Below the pieces are notes generated by a model, which was not told the origin of the DNA, searched no databases, and was given only the letters and a program-made list of their open reading frames with translations. From Dehalococcoidia bacterium (GTDB lineage Bacteria; Chloroflexota; Dehalococcoidia; GIF9; AB-539-J10), in assembly GCA_030612165.1 (NCBI GenBank), contig JAUWOK010000001.1, forward strand, positions 1 to 31,735: DNA of 31,735 nucleotides, in the 5' to 3' direction. The position numbers were made by a program, and so were the translations under genes. This document shows, piece by piece, positions 7,695 through 16,976 of this stretch. The first letter of the stretch is position 1, and every line of letters starts with the position of its first letter.

Positions 7695-8711
7695 TCAGCA
7701 TATGCGTGGCAGCAGGTCTCCTGAAAGCATGTCCAGCATTCGCGATGATCCCAGGCGCGTTTTCATTATCGTCTTTCCTGCGTGTTCCGCGGTTATTTCG
7801 CCAATAATTGCCGCGTCTTTTCCATAAGGGTTCCGTTTCATGCTGGCCAGTATTTTGTCAGCCTCGCTTGATTCAACCACGGCCACCAGTTTTCCCTCAT
7901 TGGCAATATATAGAGGATCAAGCCCAAGCAGTTCACAGGCGGCGCGCACTGCTTCCTTTACTGGTACGGCATCTTCATTTATCAAAATGCCTTTTTGTGA
8001 TTGAGCGGCGATTTCATTAAGGGTGGTAGCTAATCCTCCTCTTGTCGGGTCACGTAAGCAACGGATTGTTGGAGAAGTTTCCAGCATTTGTTGAACCAGC
8101 TTGTTTAGTGGTTGACAATCGCTTTCTACAGGTACGGAGAATTTTAGACCTTCACGCAGGCTCATTATAGCAATACCATGGTCTCCGATAGTGCCACTCA
8201 AGATAATTTTATTCCCTACTCTGGCTCCTGCTCCGGAGATATTGATGTTGTCGGGGATAATGCCTATTCCCGTGGTATTAATAAACAACTTGTCTGCCTG
8301 TCCGTGGCTTACTACTTTGGTATCTCCTGTTACTATCTGTGCGCCGGTTTCCTCGGATGTGGTTTTTATTGATCGCAACACCTGTTCAAGTTCCTTCATG
8401 GGCAGTCCTTCTTCTATGATCAACGAAAGGCTCATGTAAAGGGGTACTGCTCCGCTCATGGACAGGTCGTTAACGGTACCGCAGACAGCCAGTTTCCCGA
8501 TGTCTCCTCCTGGGAAGAAGAGGGGGTTCACTACATAACTATCAGTGGTAAAAGCTATGCGCCCTCTGACCTCAAACACTGCTGAATCGTCCAGCTTATC
8601 CAATACAGGATTGGACAGAAAAGGAAGAAACTTGTTTTCTACCAGTTCATGACTTAGCTTACCCCCGCTGCCGTGAGCCAGGAGAATGATGTCGTTCTCA
8701 TCTTGTATCAT
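7695..8711 (-). CDS. hypE: Hydrogenase maturation carbamoyl dehydratase HypE
   Basis: LAHGSGG, TDSYVV, CGTVNDL, GDTKV, RDPTRGG, C-terminal PRIC. Start ATG 8711 overlaps the hypD TGA (ATGA). Confidence 0.97.
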   Translation of the reverse strand: MIQDENDIILLAHGSGGKLSHELVENKFLPFLSNPVLDKLDDSAVFEVRGRIAFTTDSYVVNPLFFPGGDIGKLAVCGTVNDLSMSGAVPLYMSLSLIIEEGLPMKELEQVLRSIKTTSEETGAQIVTGDTKVVSHGQADKLFINTTGIGIIPDNINISGAGARVGNKIILSGTIGDHGIAIMSLREGLKFSVPVESDCQPLNKLVQQMLETSPTIRCLRDPTRGGLATTLNEIAAQSQKGILINEDAVPVKEAVRAACELLGLDPLYIANEGKLVAVVESSEADKILASMKRNPYGKDAAIIGEITAEHAGKTIMKTRLGSSRMLDMLSGDLLPRIC

Positions 8712-9814
8712 GATGCGTCGTGTCCTTTTTCCGGGCGGCGATACTGGTAATAAGCGGCACATGCCCCCTCGCTGGATACCATGCAGGGGCCTACCGGTTT
8801 TTCGGGGGTGCATGCCTTGCCAAAAAGCTGACATTCCACCGGCGTAGCCGTGGCACGAAGGATGTCTCCACAGCGGCAAGCCTTATTTTCTCTGGCAGGC
8901 TTCATGTTTATTTTGAAAATTTTGTTGGCATCAAAGCATTGATACTTTTCTTTGATTCGCAGGCCACTGCAAGGTACGGTGCCGATACCTCTCCACACAG
9001 TGTCCGCTGGCTCAAAAACCTCATTCATCAATTTTAGAGCAGGTTTGTTTCCCTCTGGCTTTATTGCTCGGGAGTAGGCAATTTCCATCCGGGGGGAATC
9101 ATTTTCAATCTGTTTTACCAGCTTGTACACGCAGAGCAGGATGTCCAATGGTTCAAATCCCGAAATTGCGCAGGCAATTTGATATTCACGAGGTATAAAT
9201 TCGTATGGCCGGGAACCTGTGATGACGCAGACATGTCCGGGGCAGATGATACCGTCGATCTTTACCTCACCACTTTCTAGTAGCGCTCTTATGACAGGAG
9301 GGGTTAACTTGTGACAGGAGAGTACGGAGAAGTTTTTAATCCCTTCTTTTTGAGCATGAACTATTGCGGCAGCTACAGTGGGAGCGGTAGTTTCAAAACC
9401 GATGCCGATGAAAATTACTGCCTTCTCAGGATTATTCCTGGCTATCTCCAGCGCGTCTGTAGTGGAATAGACAATTCTGATATCTGCGCCTCTGGCTCTG
9501 GCTTGTTGCAGACTGGAGTAACTGCCGGGCACTCTTATCATGTCGCCGAAGGTAGTGATGATGGTGTTGGGCAACAGGGATAGGGCGATGGCTTTATCCA
9601 GGTCGGCGTTTGCTGTGACGCATACAGGACATCCAGGCCCGGAGCGCATCTCAATATTTTCAGGCAGCAACTGGCGCAGTCCGTACCGCATGATAGCGTG
9701 AGTATGCCCACCACAGAACTCCATTAGCTTAATTGGTATTGTAGAAAGAGTGGCGATTTCGCTCACTATCTTTCTAGCTAACTCGTTGTCCTGGTATTCG
9801 TCAACGAATTTCAC
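8708..9814 (-). CDS. hypD: Hydrogenase maturation protein HypD
   Basis: MEFCGGHT, GPGCPVCV, GFETT, PGHV, C-terminal Fe-S Cys (CRCG...CQLFGKACTP...PCMVSSEGAC). GTG start. Confidence 0.98.
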   Translation of the reverse strand: MKFVDEYQDNELARKIVSEIATLSTIPIKLMEFCGGHTHAIMRYGLRQLLPENIEMRSGPGCPVCVTANADLDKAIALSLLPNTIITTFGDMIRVPGSYSSLQQARARGADIRIVYSTTDALEIARNNPEKAVIFIGIGFETTAPTVAAAIVHAQKEGIKNFSVLSCHKLTPPVIRALLESGEVKIDGIICPGHVCVITGSRPYEFIPREYQIACAISGFEPLDILLCVYKLVKQIENDSPRMEIAYSRAIKPEGNKPALKLMNEVFEPADTVWRGIGTVPCSGLRIKEKYQCFDANKIFKINMKPARENKACRCGDILRATATPVECQLFGKACTPEKPVGPCMVSSEGACAAYYQYRRPEKGHDAS

Positions 9815-10028
9815 TGAGGCTTGCCATCTCCTCCAGCAGTTTCAGGGTTTCTCCGGCTTCGGCTTCGTCCACGATGCCTATGGCGTACCCTGTATGGAGC
9901 AGGACATAATCTCCTTCTTTGACTGAAGGAGTGAGAATTATGTTGGCCTGTCGTCTTACGCCGGAGATTTCTATTTCTGCCTCATCACCATCTACGGAGA
10001 TCACTTTTACCGGTATTGCCAGACACAT
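9801..10028 (-). CDS. hypC: Hydrogenase assembly chaperone HypC
   Basis: MCLAIP N-terminus, GDYVLLHTGYAI. Confidence 0.96.
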   Translation of the reverse strand: MCLAIPVKVISVDGDEAEIEISGVRRQANIILTPSVKEGDYVLLHTGYAIGIVDEAEAGETLKLLEEMASLSEIR

Positions 10029-10039
10029 CTTACTCAGCC

Positions 10040-10069
10040 ATTCTATCTCAAACTCGTTGCTTGATGCAA
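10040..10069 (-). promoter_or_regulatory. Putative internal promoter for hypCDE-acpS-ribD
   Basis: TTGCAT (10069-10064), 18-bp spacer, TAGAAT (10045-10040), 11 nt before the hypC ATG. Confidence 0.5.
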
Positions 10070-10132
10070 ATGGTTTCCCTTGTGGAGAAGGTGTGCGCGG
10101 AGGGATTGTTATTTTTGCGGGAGGATATGCTA

Positions 10133-12424
10133 TTAAGGTTCTTCCGCGAAATTGGCGATGACCGCCTGCCCCAGCGATATGCCGCCGTCATTGCAGGGAC
10201 ACTGCCGGTGGAGAATTACCTGAAAGCCACTTTCCTTTAACAGCCTGGTTGTCTTATTAAGCAGCAGACGGTTCTGAAACACTCCTCCGCTCAAAGCCAC
10301 CTGTTCGATGCCGCTTTCCCGGGCAATCAAGCAGCACATCTCATCTGTCATGCGGGCAATGGTGTCGTGGAAGCTGGCTGCTATTCTGGTGACAGGCACA
10401 TCCCGTTTCATATCATCCAGTATTGCTGTCAGCAGTCCGCTTATCTGTATTATCTTCATTTCCTTTTCTCGGGTTATATGGTAGGGATAGTTTTCTTCGT
10501 TGGTGCTGTCTCTGTGAGCGGCCATCTCCAGTTCCACGGCGGCCTGCCCTTCATAGTATGATTGGTTTCTTATACCCAGCAGTGCCGAGACGGCGTCGAA
10601 TAGCCGTCCCATGCTGGAAGTTAAAGGAGTATTCAGTTTTTTTGTGATTTGTTGCTTGAGGATGTCCAGTTCAATTTTATTTATGCCGTCGACGGCAGCT
10701 GAAATTTTTAGCGCATCCTCTCCTAATAGACTGAAGAGGTAAGCTACAGCGATGCGGTAGGGTTTTTTTGTGGCCATATCTCCGCCGGGTAGAGGGAGAT
10801 ATTCCAGATGGCCCTTCCTGGTGCAATTTTGATAATCGGCTTCCAGAAATTCTCCTCCGGAGATGTTGCCGTCCGCTCCCAGTCCGGTTCGGTCAAAAAC
10901 TACCCCGATCACCGGGGACTCGATACCATTGTCTGCCATACAACTGGCTACATGGGCATGATGGTGTTGTACAGGAATGCGTTTTAATCCGGAGATTTCC
11001 CTCTCCAGTGCGTATCCGGTAGAGGGATAATCGGGATGAAGGTCATGGGCAATGATTTCGGGACGGATGTGGAATAAATTTTCGTACAGGGAGATAGTGT
11101 TACTGAAATGATCCATAGTCTCCAGGTTTTCCATATCCCCGATATGTTGGCTCAAGAAGGCGTGGTGTCCTCTGGTCAAACAGAAAGTATTTTTCATCTG
11201 TGCCCCGCAGGCCAGGATTTGACGGCACGAGAAAGGGAGGGGAAGGGGAAAAGGAGCGTAACCCCGTGAACGCCTGATAATCTGGAAATGTTTTTGTTCT
11301 ACCGTGACAACGCTATCGTCGTAACGCGCATATATATCCCTGTCATGGAGAAGAAAATAATCGGCAATTCCTTTGAGGTGCGTAACTGCTTCATCATTAT
11401 CCCGGGCGATGGGCTCTTCGCTGATGTTCCCGCTGGTCATTATCAGAGGCAGCCCGGTATCTTTGAGCAGGATATGGTGTAAAGGTGTATAGGGGAGCAT
11501 CACTCCCAGGTATTCTTGCTCTGGTGCGGTTAGCGAGGATATGCTGGAATGTTCCCTGTTCCATTTCAATAAAACTATCGGACTTTGCGGCGAAAGGAGC
11601 AGTTTCTCCTCTTCCTCTGATAAAGAACAGTGTTCTTTCACCTCTGTGATGGACGGTATCATCACCGCCAGGGGTTTGAAAGGGCGGTTTTTTCTCTGTC
11701 TTAATTTTCTGATGGTTGCTTCGCTGGTGGCGTCGCAGGCTAACAGGAAGCCTCCCAATCCCTTGATCGCCACGATTTTGCCCTCTTGCAGGAGATGGCT
11801 GGTGTGTCGCATAGTGTCAGGAGTGGATATGTGGGCACCACTAGCATCGGCAAGCTCAACCTGTGGGCCACATTCAGGGCAGGCGTTTGGCTGGGCGTGA
11901 AAGCGGCGATTTCCCGGATCGCTGTATTCCTCCTTGCACAGGGAGCACATCTGAAACTTGCGCATTGTGGTTTTCTCGCGGTCGTAAGGCATTTCCTCAA
12001 TGATAGTGAAGCGTGGTCCGCAGTTGGTGCAATTGGTGAAAGGATAGCGGTAGCGCCTGTCGTCGGGGTCGAAAAACTCTTTCAGGCAATCCTGGCAGGT
12101 GGTGATATCAGGGGAGACAAGCTGAAATTTTTGTTTGTCGCTGGTGCTGTGGCGGATTTCAAAATGCTGGCAATTTGATGGCGGTTGATATTGTATAGTC
12201 GTTCTTTCTATTCTGGCCAGGGGAGGGGCCTGGGATTTTAGCTCCCTGTAGAACTGGCCAATGCTTGCCTCTTCTCCTTCTACGTCAATTCTGACATCCT
12301 CTGAAGTATTATAAACGCATCCCTTTAGTTTATATGCCGATGCCAGCTTGTAGACGAAAGGCCTGAAGCCAACTCCCTGTACGACTCCATATACTCTGAT
12401 GTGCGCTGCTTTAAGTGTAGCCAT
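10133..12424 (-). CDS. hypF: Carbamoyltransferase HypF
   Basis: Acylphosphatase domain (GVVQGVGFRP), four CxxC Zn-finger motifs, YrdC-like domain (KGLGG, TSGN), Kae1-like domain (QHHHAH, GGVFQN, NDGGISLGQ). Confidence 0.97.
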   Translation of the reverse strand: MATLKAAHIRVYGVVQGVGFRPFVYKLASAYKLKGCVYNTSEDVRIDVEGEEASIGQFYRELKSQAPPLARIERTTIQYQPPSNCQHFEIRHSTSDKQKFQLVSPDITTCQDCLKEFFDPDDRRYRYPFTNCTNCGPRFTIIEEMPYDREKTTMRKFQMCSLCKEEYSDPGNRRFHAQPNACPECGPQVELADASGAHISTPDTMRHTSHLLQEGKIVAIKGLGGFLLACDATSEATIRKLRQRKNRPFKPLAVMIPSITEVKEHCSLSEEEEKLLLSPQSPIVLLKWNREHSSISSLTAPEQEYLGVMLPYTPLHHILLKDTGLPLIMTSGNISEEPIARDNDEAVTHLKGIADYFLLHDRDIYARYDDSVVTVEQKHFQIIRRSRGYAPFPLPLPFSCRQILACGAQMKNTFCLTRGHHAFLSQHIGDMENLETMDHFSNTISLYENLFHIRPEIIAHDLHPDYPSTGYALEREISGLKRIPVQHHHAHVASCMADNGIESPVIGVVFDRTGLGADGNISGGEFLEADYQNCTRKGHLEYLPLPGGDMATKKPYRIAVAYLFSLLGEDALKISAAVDGINKIELDILKQQITKKLNTPLTSSMGRLFDAVSALLGIRNQSYYEGQAAVELEMAAHRDSTNEENYPYHITREKEMKIIQISGLLTAILDDMKRDVPVTRIAASFHDTIARMTDEMCCLIARESGIEQVALSGGVFQNRLLLNKTTRLLKESGFQVILHRQCPCNDGGISLGQAVIANFAEEP

Positions 12425-12483
12425 AAACGGTGATCATCCAGATTCTCCCCGGTTTAATTATAGTCGGCAGGGTGGCCTTTTAG

Positions 12484-12502
12484 GAAACTTATCTTAAGTT
12501 TC
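12484..12502. promoter_or_regulatory. 8-3-8 inverted repeat overlapping the putative -35 of a hypF promoter
   Basis: GAAACTTA-TCT-TAAGTTTC. Minus-strand TATAAT at 12462-12457 places the -35 at about 12480-12486. Confidence 0.4.
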
Positions 12503-12991
12503 TCAGATCTCTTTGGACAAAATTGTTTTAAGTTCAGGCAGTTTTTCTTGGACTTCTGCTGACAATTCCAATCCCCAGTCTATGTTCCGTGGTTCGATTC
12601 CCAGAATAACGATTTCTTGTGGCCCTTTGCCTAATTTCTGTAATAATTTCAGGCTATCCAGTATGTTTGCATAGTGCAGGGATAGGTTTGCAGGGGCCAG
12701 TCCTGCTGTCACGTCATCAATGTTCAGGCGGTATGTTGTACCAGGCGGCTCACCACCCTTAATTGCGTCAACGATGATCAGTTTGCTGGCGTCTTCTACC
12801 AGAGATGCGAATTCAGGACACAAACCTCCGTCTATGGTTTCAGCGTTGTGACGTCTCAAATAGTCTTTATCCAGCGTTTGTATAAAATGTATGCCTATCC
12901 CTTCGTCCCCCAAAAGCAAGTTACCGATACCCAATATGACAACTTTTGGATAAATTCTTTCTTTTGCCCTAATCTCTTTTTTCTTTTGCAA
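12503..12991 (-). CDS. Hydrogenase maturation protease (HyaD/HybD family)
   Basis: GIGNLLLGDEGIG, LIIVDAI, SLH, LGIEP, WGLELS. Start uncertain: I chose TTG 12991 (GGAG upstream); the ORF-track start 13114 overlaps hydA. Confidence 0.9.
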   Translation of the reverse strand: MQKKKEIRAKERIYPKVVILGIGNLLLGDEGIGIHFIQTLDKDYLRRHNAETIDGGLCPEFASLVEDASKLIIVDAIKGGEPPGTTYRLNIDDVTAGLAPANLSLHYANILDSLKLLQKLGKGPQEIVILGIEPRNIDWGLELSAEVQEKLPELKTILSKEI

Positions 12992-13065
12992 ACGGGTTCT
13001 CCCTGTAACAGCCGTGTATGAGTTCGGTGCTTTTGCCTGGCCTAAAACGGGATGTGGGCTTTTCG

Positions 13066-14355
13066 CTACTGCGTAAATTTTACTTTCAAAAAGTGTGTTG
13101 AGCAGGAGATACACGGGTCATAAGCACGCACTAGCATTTCCAGGCGCAAAGTTATTTCCTCCTGCGATTGGTCAATGATTTCTGGCACCAGCGCCTCCAT
13201 GTCTTTTTGGATATTGTTGTGGTTCTGGTTTGTGGGAATGACGCAGTTGGCGTTGACCAGAATACCTTTATCATCATAGATATAATCATGGAATAAAATC
13301 CCCCTGGGAGCTTCTACAGCACCTATTCCTCGTCCTGCCCTGACCTTCACGGGTGGCTTCTCTCCACGCAAACCTCGAATTGTTAGCTTGTCGATCAAGC
13401 TTATGGCGTCCTCGATAACATGAATGGTTTCCACTATTTGTGCAATGCTTATCATATACGGATTATGGCAGATAGCTTTAAGCCCCAGTTCCTCTGCTGC
13501 CTTTTGTGCCGCTGGCGAAAGTTGCTGGGCATTGTTATTAAAACGTGAAAGCGCTCCCACCATGTAGGAATCACGATTATGCTTGCTGAACTTTGCTGTA
13601 GATTGTGGCACGCAAAATTCGTTGGAAATTTCCAGATAGTTATCGATAGGCGTGGCCCCTGTATCGGTAGAGGCGATGTCGCCATTGATGAAGGCGTATT
13701 CTTTGAGGTCTTTGAGCGCTATATACTCTGTTTCCCTGGTGAAGTTCGGTATTTCGAGCCCTTTAAATAGCTTTACCGTTTCTTGCATATCATCCATTGC
13801 CTGGACGAGCTTTTGCCGCATGGCTTTTAGCTCACTAACTTCAGGCAGTTTTGCGAAACCCCCTACCACGCAGGTTAGGGGATGGGTTTTTCTGCCACCG
13901 ATCAAATCAGCCAGGTCATTTGCCAGTTTTTTCAAGCGCAATGCCCTGAGAACTACTTCCGTATGAGTGTCAACCAGAGGAAAAACACTGCCTACCCCCA
14001 GAAAATCCGGAGCTGCCAGAAAATAAAAATGCAACACATGGCTTTGTAGAGTCTCCGCATGAAACAGGAGCTTGCGTAAAAGTAATGTTTGTTCGCTTAT
14101 TTCCACGCCGAAAGCGGCTTCCGTTGCCTGGATTGACGCGGTGGAGTGGGCAATGGAACAGATGCCGCAGATTCTGGGTGTCATCCAGGTGACATCCTCG
14201 TAACTTCTGCCTCTGAACATGGCCTCAAAGAAACGTGGTGATTCAGGGATGGACCAGGTTATTTCCTCCAGCTTGCCGTTTCGGGCATTGACTGTGATAT
14301 TGCCATGCCCTTCGACTCTGGTGATGTGATGAACATTTATATTTAACTCTTTCAT
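13066..14355 (-). CDS. hydA: [NiFe] hydrogenase group 3b large (alpha) subunit
   Basis: ITRVEGHG, L1 RICGICSIAH, EAPRG, L2 RAYDPCISCSTH followed by a cleavable tail (FLKVKFTQ). Symbol follows Pyrococcus SH-I naming. Confidence 0.95.
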   Translation of the reverse strand: MKELNINVHHITRVEGHGNITVNARNGKLEEITWSIPESPRFFEAMFRGRSYEDVTWMTPRICGICSIAHSTASIQATEAAFGVEISEQTLLLRKLLFHAETLQSHVLHFYFLAAPDFLGVGSVFPLVDTHTEVVLRALRLKKLANDLADLIGGRKTHPLTCVVGGFAKLPEVSELKAMRQKLVQAMDDMQETVKLFKGLEIPNFTRETEYIALKDLKEYAFINGDIASTDTGATPIDNYLEISNEFCVPQSTAKFSKHNRDSYMVGALSRFNNNAQQLSPAAQKAAEELGLKAICHNPYMISIAQIVETIHVIEDAISLIDKLTIRGLRGEKPPVKVRAGRGIGAVEAPRGILFHDYIYDDKGILVNANCVIPTNQNHNNIQKDMEALVPEIIDQSQEEITLRLEMLVRAYDPCISCSTHFLKVKFTQ

Positions 14356-15089
14356 TTCGATACCTCCAGATACCCGTTGAAATGCCTGAATCTTTCCAGT
14401 ATGTCTGCGGTGGTTAATCCATGCTTTTGCAAGATCTCTTTCTCGGAATCGATATTGGGGTCATCTACCAGCCCGCGGCAGCCCCAGCAATGGCGACCGT
14501 TGGTAACGCAGATAGCTTTACATCCTGCTCGTGTCACCGGTCCCAGGCAGGTCTCCCCTTTTTCGAAGACGCAGACATTTCCAGCCAGCTTGCATTCCAC
14601 GCAGACAGGGTAATTGGGCAAGCGTGCTTTTTTGTTCAGCAACAAGGCCTTAACCAGGGCGATGAATTCGTCTTTGTCCATGGGACATCCGGGGAGATAA
14701 TAATCTACAGCGACGACAGCATCCACTGGCCGAGCGGGAATCGTGTTGTAATAGTGGGCAGCATCGCCATAAACGATCTTGAGGTTTTCTTCCATGGTCC
14801 GAAAGTTTTTCAGACAATTGATGCCGCCCAGACACGCGCATGTTCCCATAGCTATCAAAACTGCAGCCCGTTCCCTGATTTTTTTGAGTCTATTTATCCC
14901 CGCCTCCGTGGTGATTGCTCCCTCTATGAAAGCTATGTCGTAATTATCGCTTTTTTCAGTCATAGCTTCTCTGAAGTTGACAATATCTACCAGTTTCAAG
15001 AGTTCTACCAGTTCACCTTCAAAATTGAGAACTTCTAGCTGGCAACCTTCACAACTGGTAAAGTCGAAAAAACCTACCTTTGGTTTCAT
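14352..15089 (-). CDS. hydD: [NiFe] hydrogenase group 3b small (delta) Fe-S subunit
   Basis: FTSCEGCQ, EGAI, GTCACLGG, PGCP, distal Cys (VCVEC, CLGPVTRAGC, CWGCRG). No Tat signal. Confidence 0.93.
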   Translation of the reverse strand: MKPKVGFFDFTSCEGCQLEVLNFEGELVELLKLVDIVNFREAMTEKSDNYDIAFIEGAITTEAGINRLKKIRERAAVLIAMGTCACLGGINCLKNFRTMEENLKIVYGDAAHYYNTIPARPVDAVVAVDYYLPGCPMDKDEFIALVKALLLNKKARLPNYPVCVECKLAGNVCVFEKGETCLGPVTRAGCKAICVTNGRHCWGCRGLVDDPNIDSEKEILQKHGLTTADILERFRHFNGYLEVSK

Positions 15090-15935
15090 CTAAATCGCCT
15101 CCGTCAGTTTGTCTTTCTTTATTCTGGCGTAGCTGAAAACTGGACCTTCCTGGCATACATAAACGCCGTTAATCTGGCAATGGCCACATTTACCGACGCC
15201 GCATTTCATTCTCCGTTCCAGTGACATTAATATTCGCTCGTCGGGGATGCCTTTTTTCTGACATTCGCCTATCACGAATTTGTACATTACAGGAGGGCCG
15301 ACGGTAACAGCAAAAGTGTTTTGGGGAATGATATCTATTTGGGAAAAAAGAGTAGTGACGGGACCGATAGTTCCTCCCCATTTCTCATTTCCTATATCTA
15401 CAGTTTCCAGTAATTCAACACCTTCCATTACCTGCCACCTCTCCAGTTCGTTGACCAGCATTCTTTCGTTTGCCGTTTTGCTGCCGGAGAGGATTATTAA
15501 CCTGCCGAAGTTTTTTCTGTTATCTACGACGTAATTAATGAGGGAACGCAGAGGAAATAGCCCTATACCTCCTGCTATGACCAGGACGTCCTTCCCTGTA
15601 AATTCGTCTACAGGGAAGCCATTACCGAAAGGGCCACGTATGCCCACAGTGGCTCCTTTGCTGAGCCTGTGCAAAGCATTGGTCACGTCGCCAACGGCAC
15701 GTACTGCTAGCTCAAAGGCTCCTTTTTTGGTCGGCGATGACGAGATGGAAATAGGCATTTCCCCTATGCCGAAGATGGAGATTTCTACGAATTGCCCCGG
15801 TTTATGCCCGAGTTCCTTGCCGTCCTGAAAATTGAATTCAAAAAGCTTTTCCTTCTGTGCGATAGTTTCGACACTGGTTATCTCAGCTACGCGAGGCAGG
15901 TAGAGAGATTTTTCTTCAGATGGGTGTTTTGTCAT
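15090..15935 (-). CDS. hydG: Group 3b hydrogenase gamma subunit (FAD/NAD(P)-binding, [2Fe-2S])
   Basis: PGQFV, RGPFGNGF, AGGIGLFPLRS, GPPVM, RRMKCGVGKCGHC...CQEGPVF. Start ATG 15935 overlaps the hydB TGA. Confidence 0.92.
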   Translation of the reverse strand: MTKHPSEEKSLYLPRVAEITSVETIAQKEKLFEFNFQDGKELGHKPGQFVEISIFGIGEMPISISSSPTKKGAFELAVRAVGDVTNALHRLSKGATVGIRGPFGNGFPVDEFTGKDVLVIAGGIGLFPLRSLINYVVDNRKNFGRLIILSGSKTANERMLVNELERWQVMEGVELLETVDIGNEKWGGTIGPVTTLFSQIDIIPQNTFAVTVGPPVMYKFVIGECQKKGIPDERILMSLERRMKCGVGKCGHCQINGVYVCQEGPVFSYARIKKDKLTEAI

Positions 15936-16966
15936 TTTGACTCTCCCTTCATTAGATTGAAAGTTTCTGCAGGGCTGGCAATTTCGGCTAGGCAGGCGGA
16001 AGCACACCTTCCGCAGCCAACACATCCCGGCCTGCCAAATCTTTCCATGATATATTTCCCTTTGCGATACATGCGGTGGCGATAACGACTTACTTTATCC
16101 TTTCTAAAATTACCTTCACCAGCTACTGCGGCGAAGTCAACCAGCATGCATGCATCCTTTTGGCGATAACGTTCCCCTTCTACAAGATTGAGTTCTATAT
16201 CGTCCTGCACATCGAAACAGAAACAGGTAGGACATACCATTACGCAGGAGCCGCAACTGAGACAAGATTCGCTTCTCTCGTCCCATAGTGGACTGTTCCA
16301 TGATTTGTCCAAAAGCTGAGGCAACTTTTCGAGAGGTGTATCCAGAGCTACCTTGTATTTCCCGAGCGCCTTTTGGCGTTCCTCTTCTTTCCGCTTTAGC
16401 TCCACTTGTGTAGCTTCCTGCGTGTCAGGACAGCCCTTCAATAATTCCTGTCCCTTCTCGCTTCCGATAGCGATAACATAACTGTCCCCGATATCAGTCA
16501 GTAGCAGGTCATATCCTTTGTCGGTGAAGGCTGTGTCCATGCTAGGACAAAAAGCATTGGGGTTAGGATTGAGGCAATCAACGCCTACGATGGTGGCGGC
16601 TTCTCTTCTGTTCAGGTAATTAGTATCGAGATTATCGGTGGAAAATGCTGTGTCCAGAAGTTCGATAGCCTTAATGTCATATGGATGTACCCCGAAAAGA
16701 ATGAATGGATTGGCCTCTATGACAGGGAAGGCAACAGGTCGTTCTGCGATGTTGAATTTCAACAGTGCTTCTCTTTGAGGGAGCAAATACATACTCGGGG
16801 GAAGCAGGGTAATGTCGTAGTCAAGGCATACTTCCTCGGCGTCGGCGATTTTGCCGAAAGCATATTTGCCTTCTTTCTTTTTTACCCCCACTATTTCCTC
16901 CCCTCTACTGAGCAGGGTATTGATGAATATATTCAAGTTCTGCTTGGAAAGTACTTTTTCGGTCAC
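15932..16966 (-). CDS. hydB: Group 3b hydrogenase beta subunit (4Fe-4S, AsrA-like)
   Basis: CLSCGSCVMVCPTCFCF, CVGCGRCASAC. GTG start with SD AGGAGG. Confidence 0.92.
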   Translation of the reverse strand: MTEKVLSKQNLNIFINTLLSRGEEIVGVKKKEGKYAFGKIADAEEVCLDYDITLLPPSMYLLPQREALLKFNIAERPVAFPVIEANPFILFGVHPYDIKAIELLDTAFSTDNLDTNYLNRREAATIVGVDCLNPNPNAFCPSMDTAFTDKGYDLLLTDIGDSYVIAIGSEKGQELLKGCPDTQEATQVELKRKEEERQKALGKYKVALDTPLEKLPQLLDKSWNSPLWDERSESCLSCGSCVMVCPTCFCFDVQDDIELNLVEGERYRQKDACMLVDFAAVAGEGNFRKDKVSRYRHRMYRKGKYIMERFGRPGCVGCGRCASACLAEIASPAETFNLMKGESK

Positions 16967-16976
16967 TTGCCCTCCT

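Noticed and set aside
13066-14355. Selenocysteine ([NiFeSe]) hydrogenase
   Set aside because: All four Ni ligands are Cys (CGIC, CISC), with no in-frame TGA.
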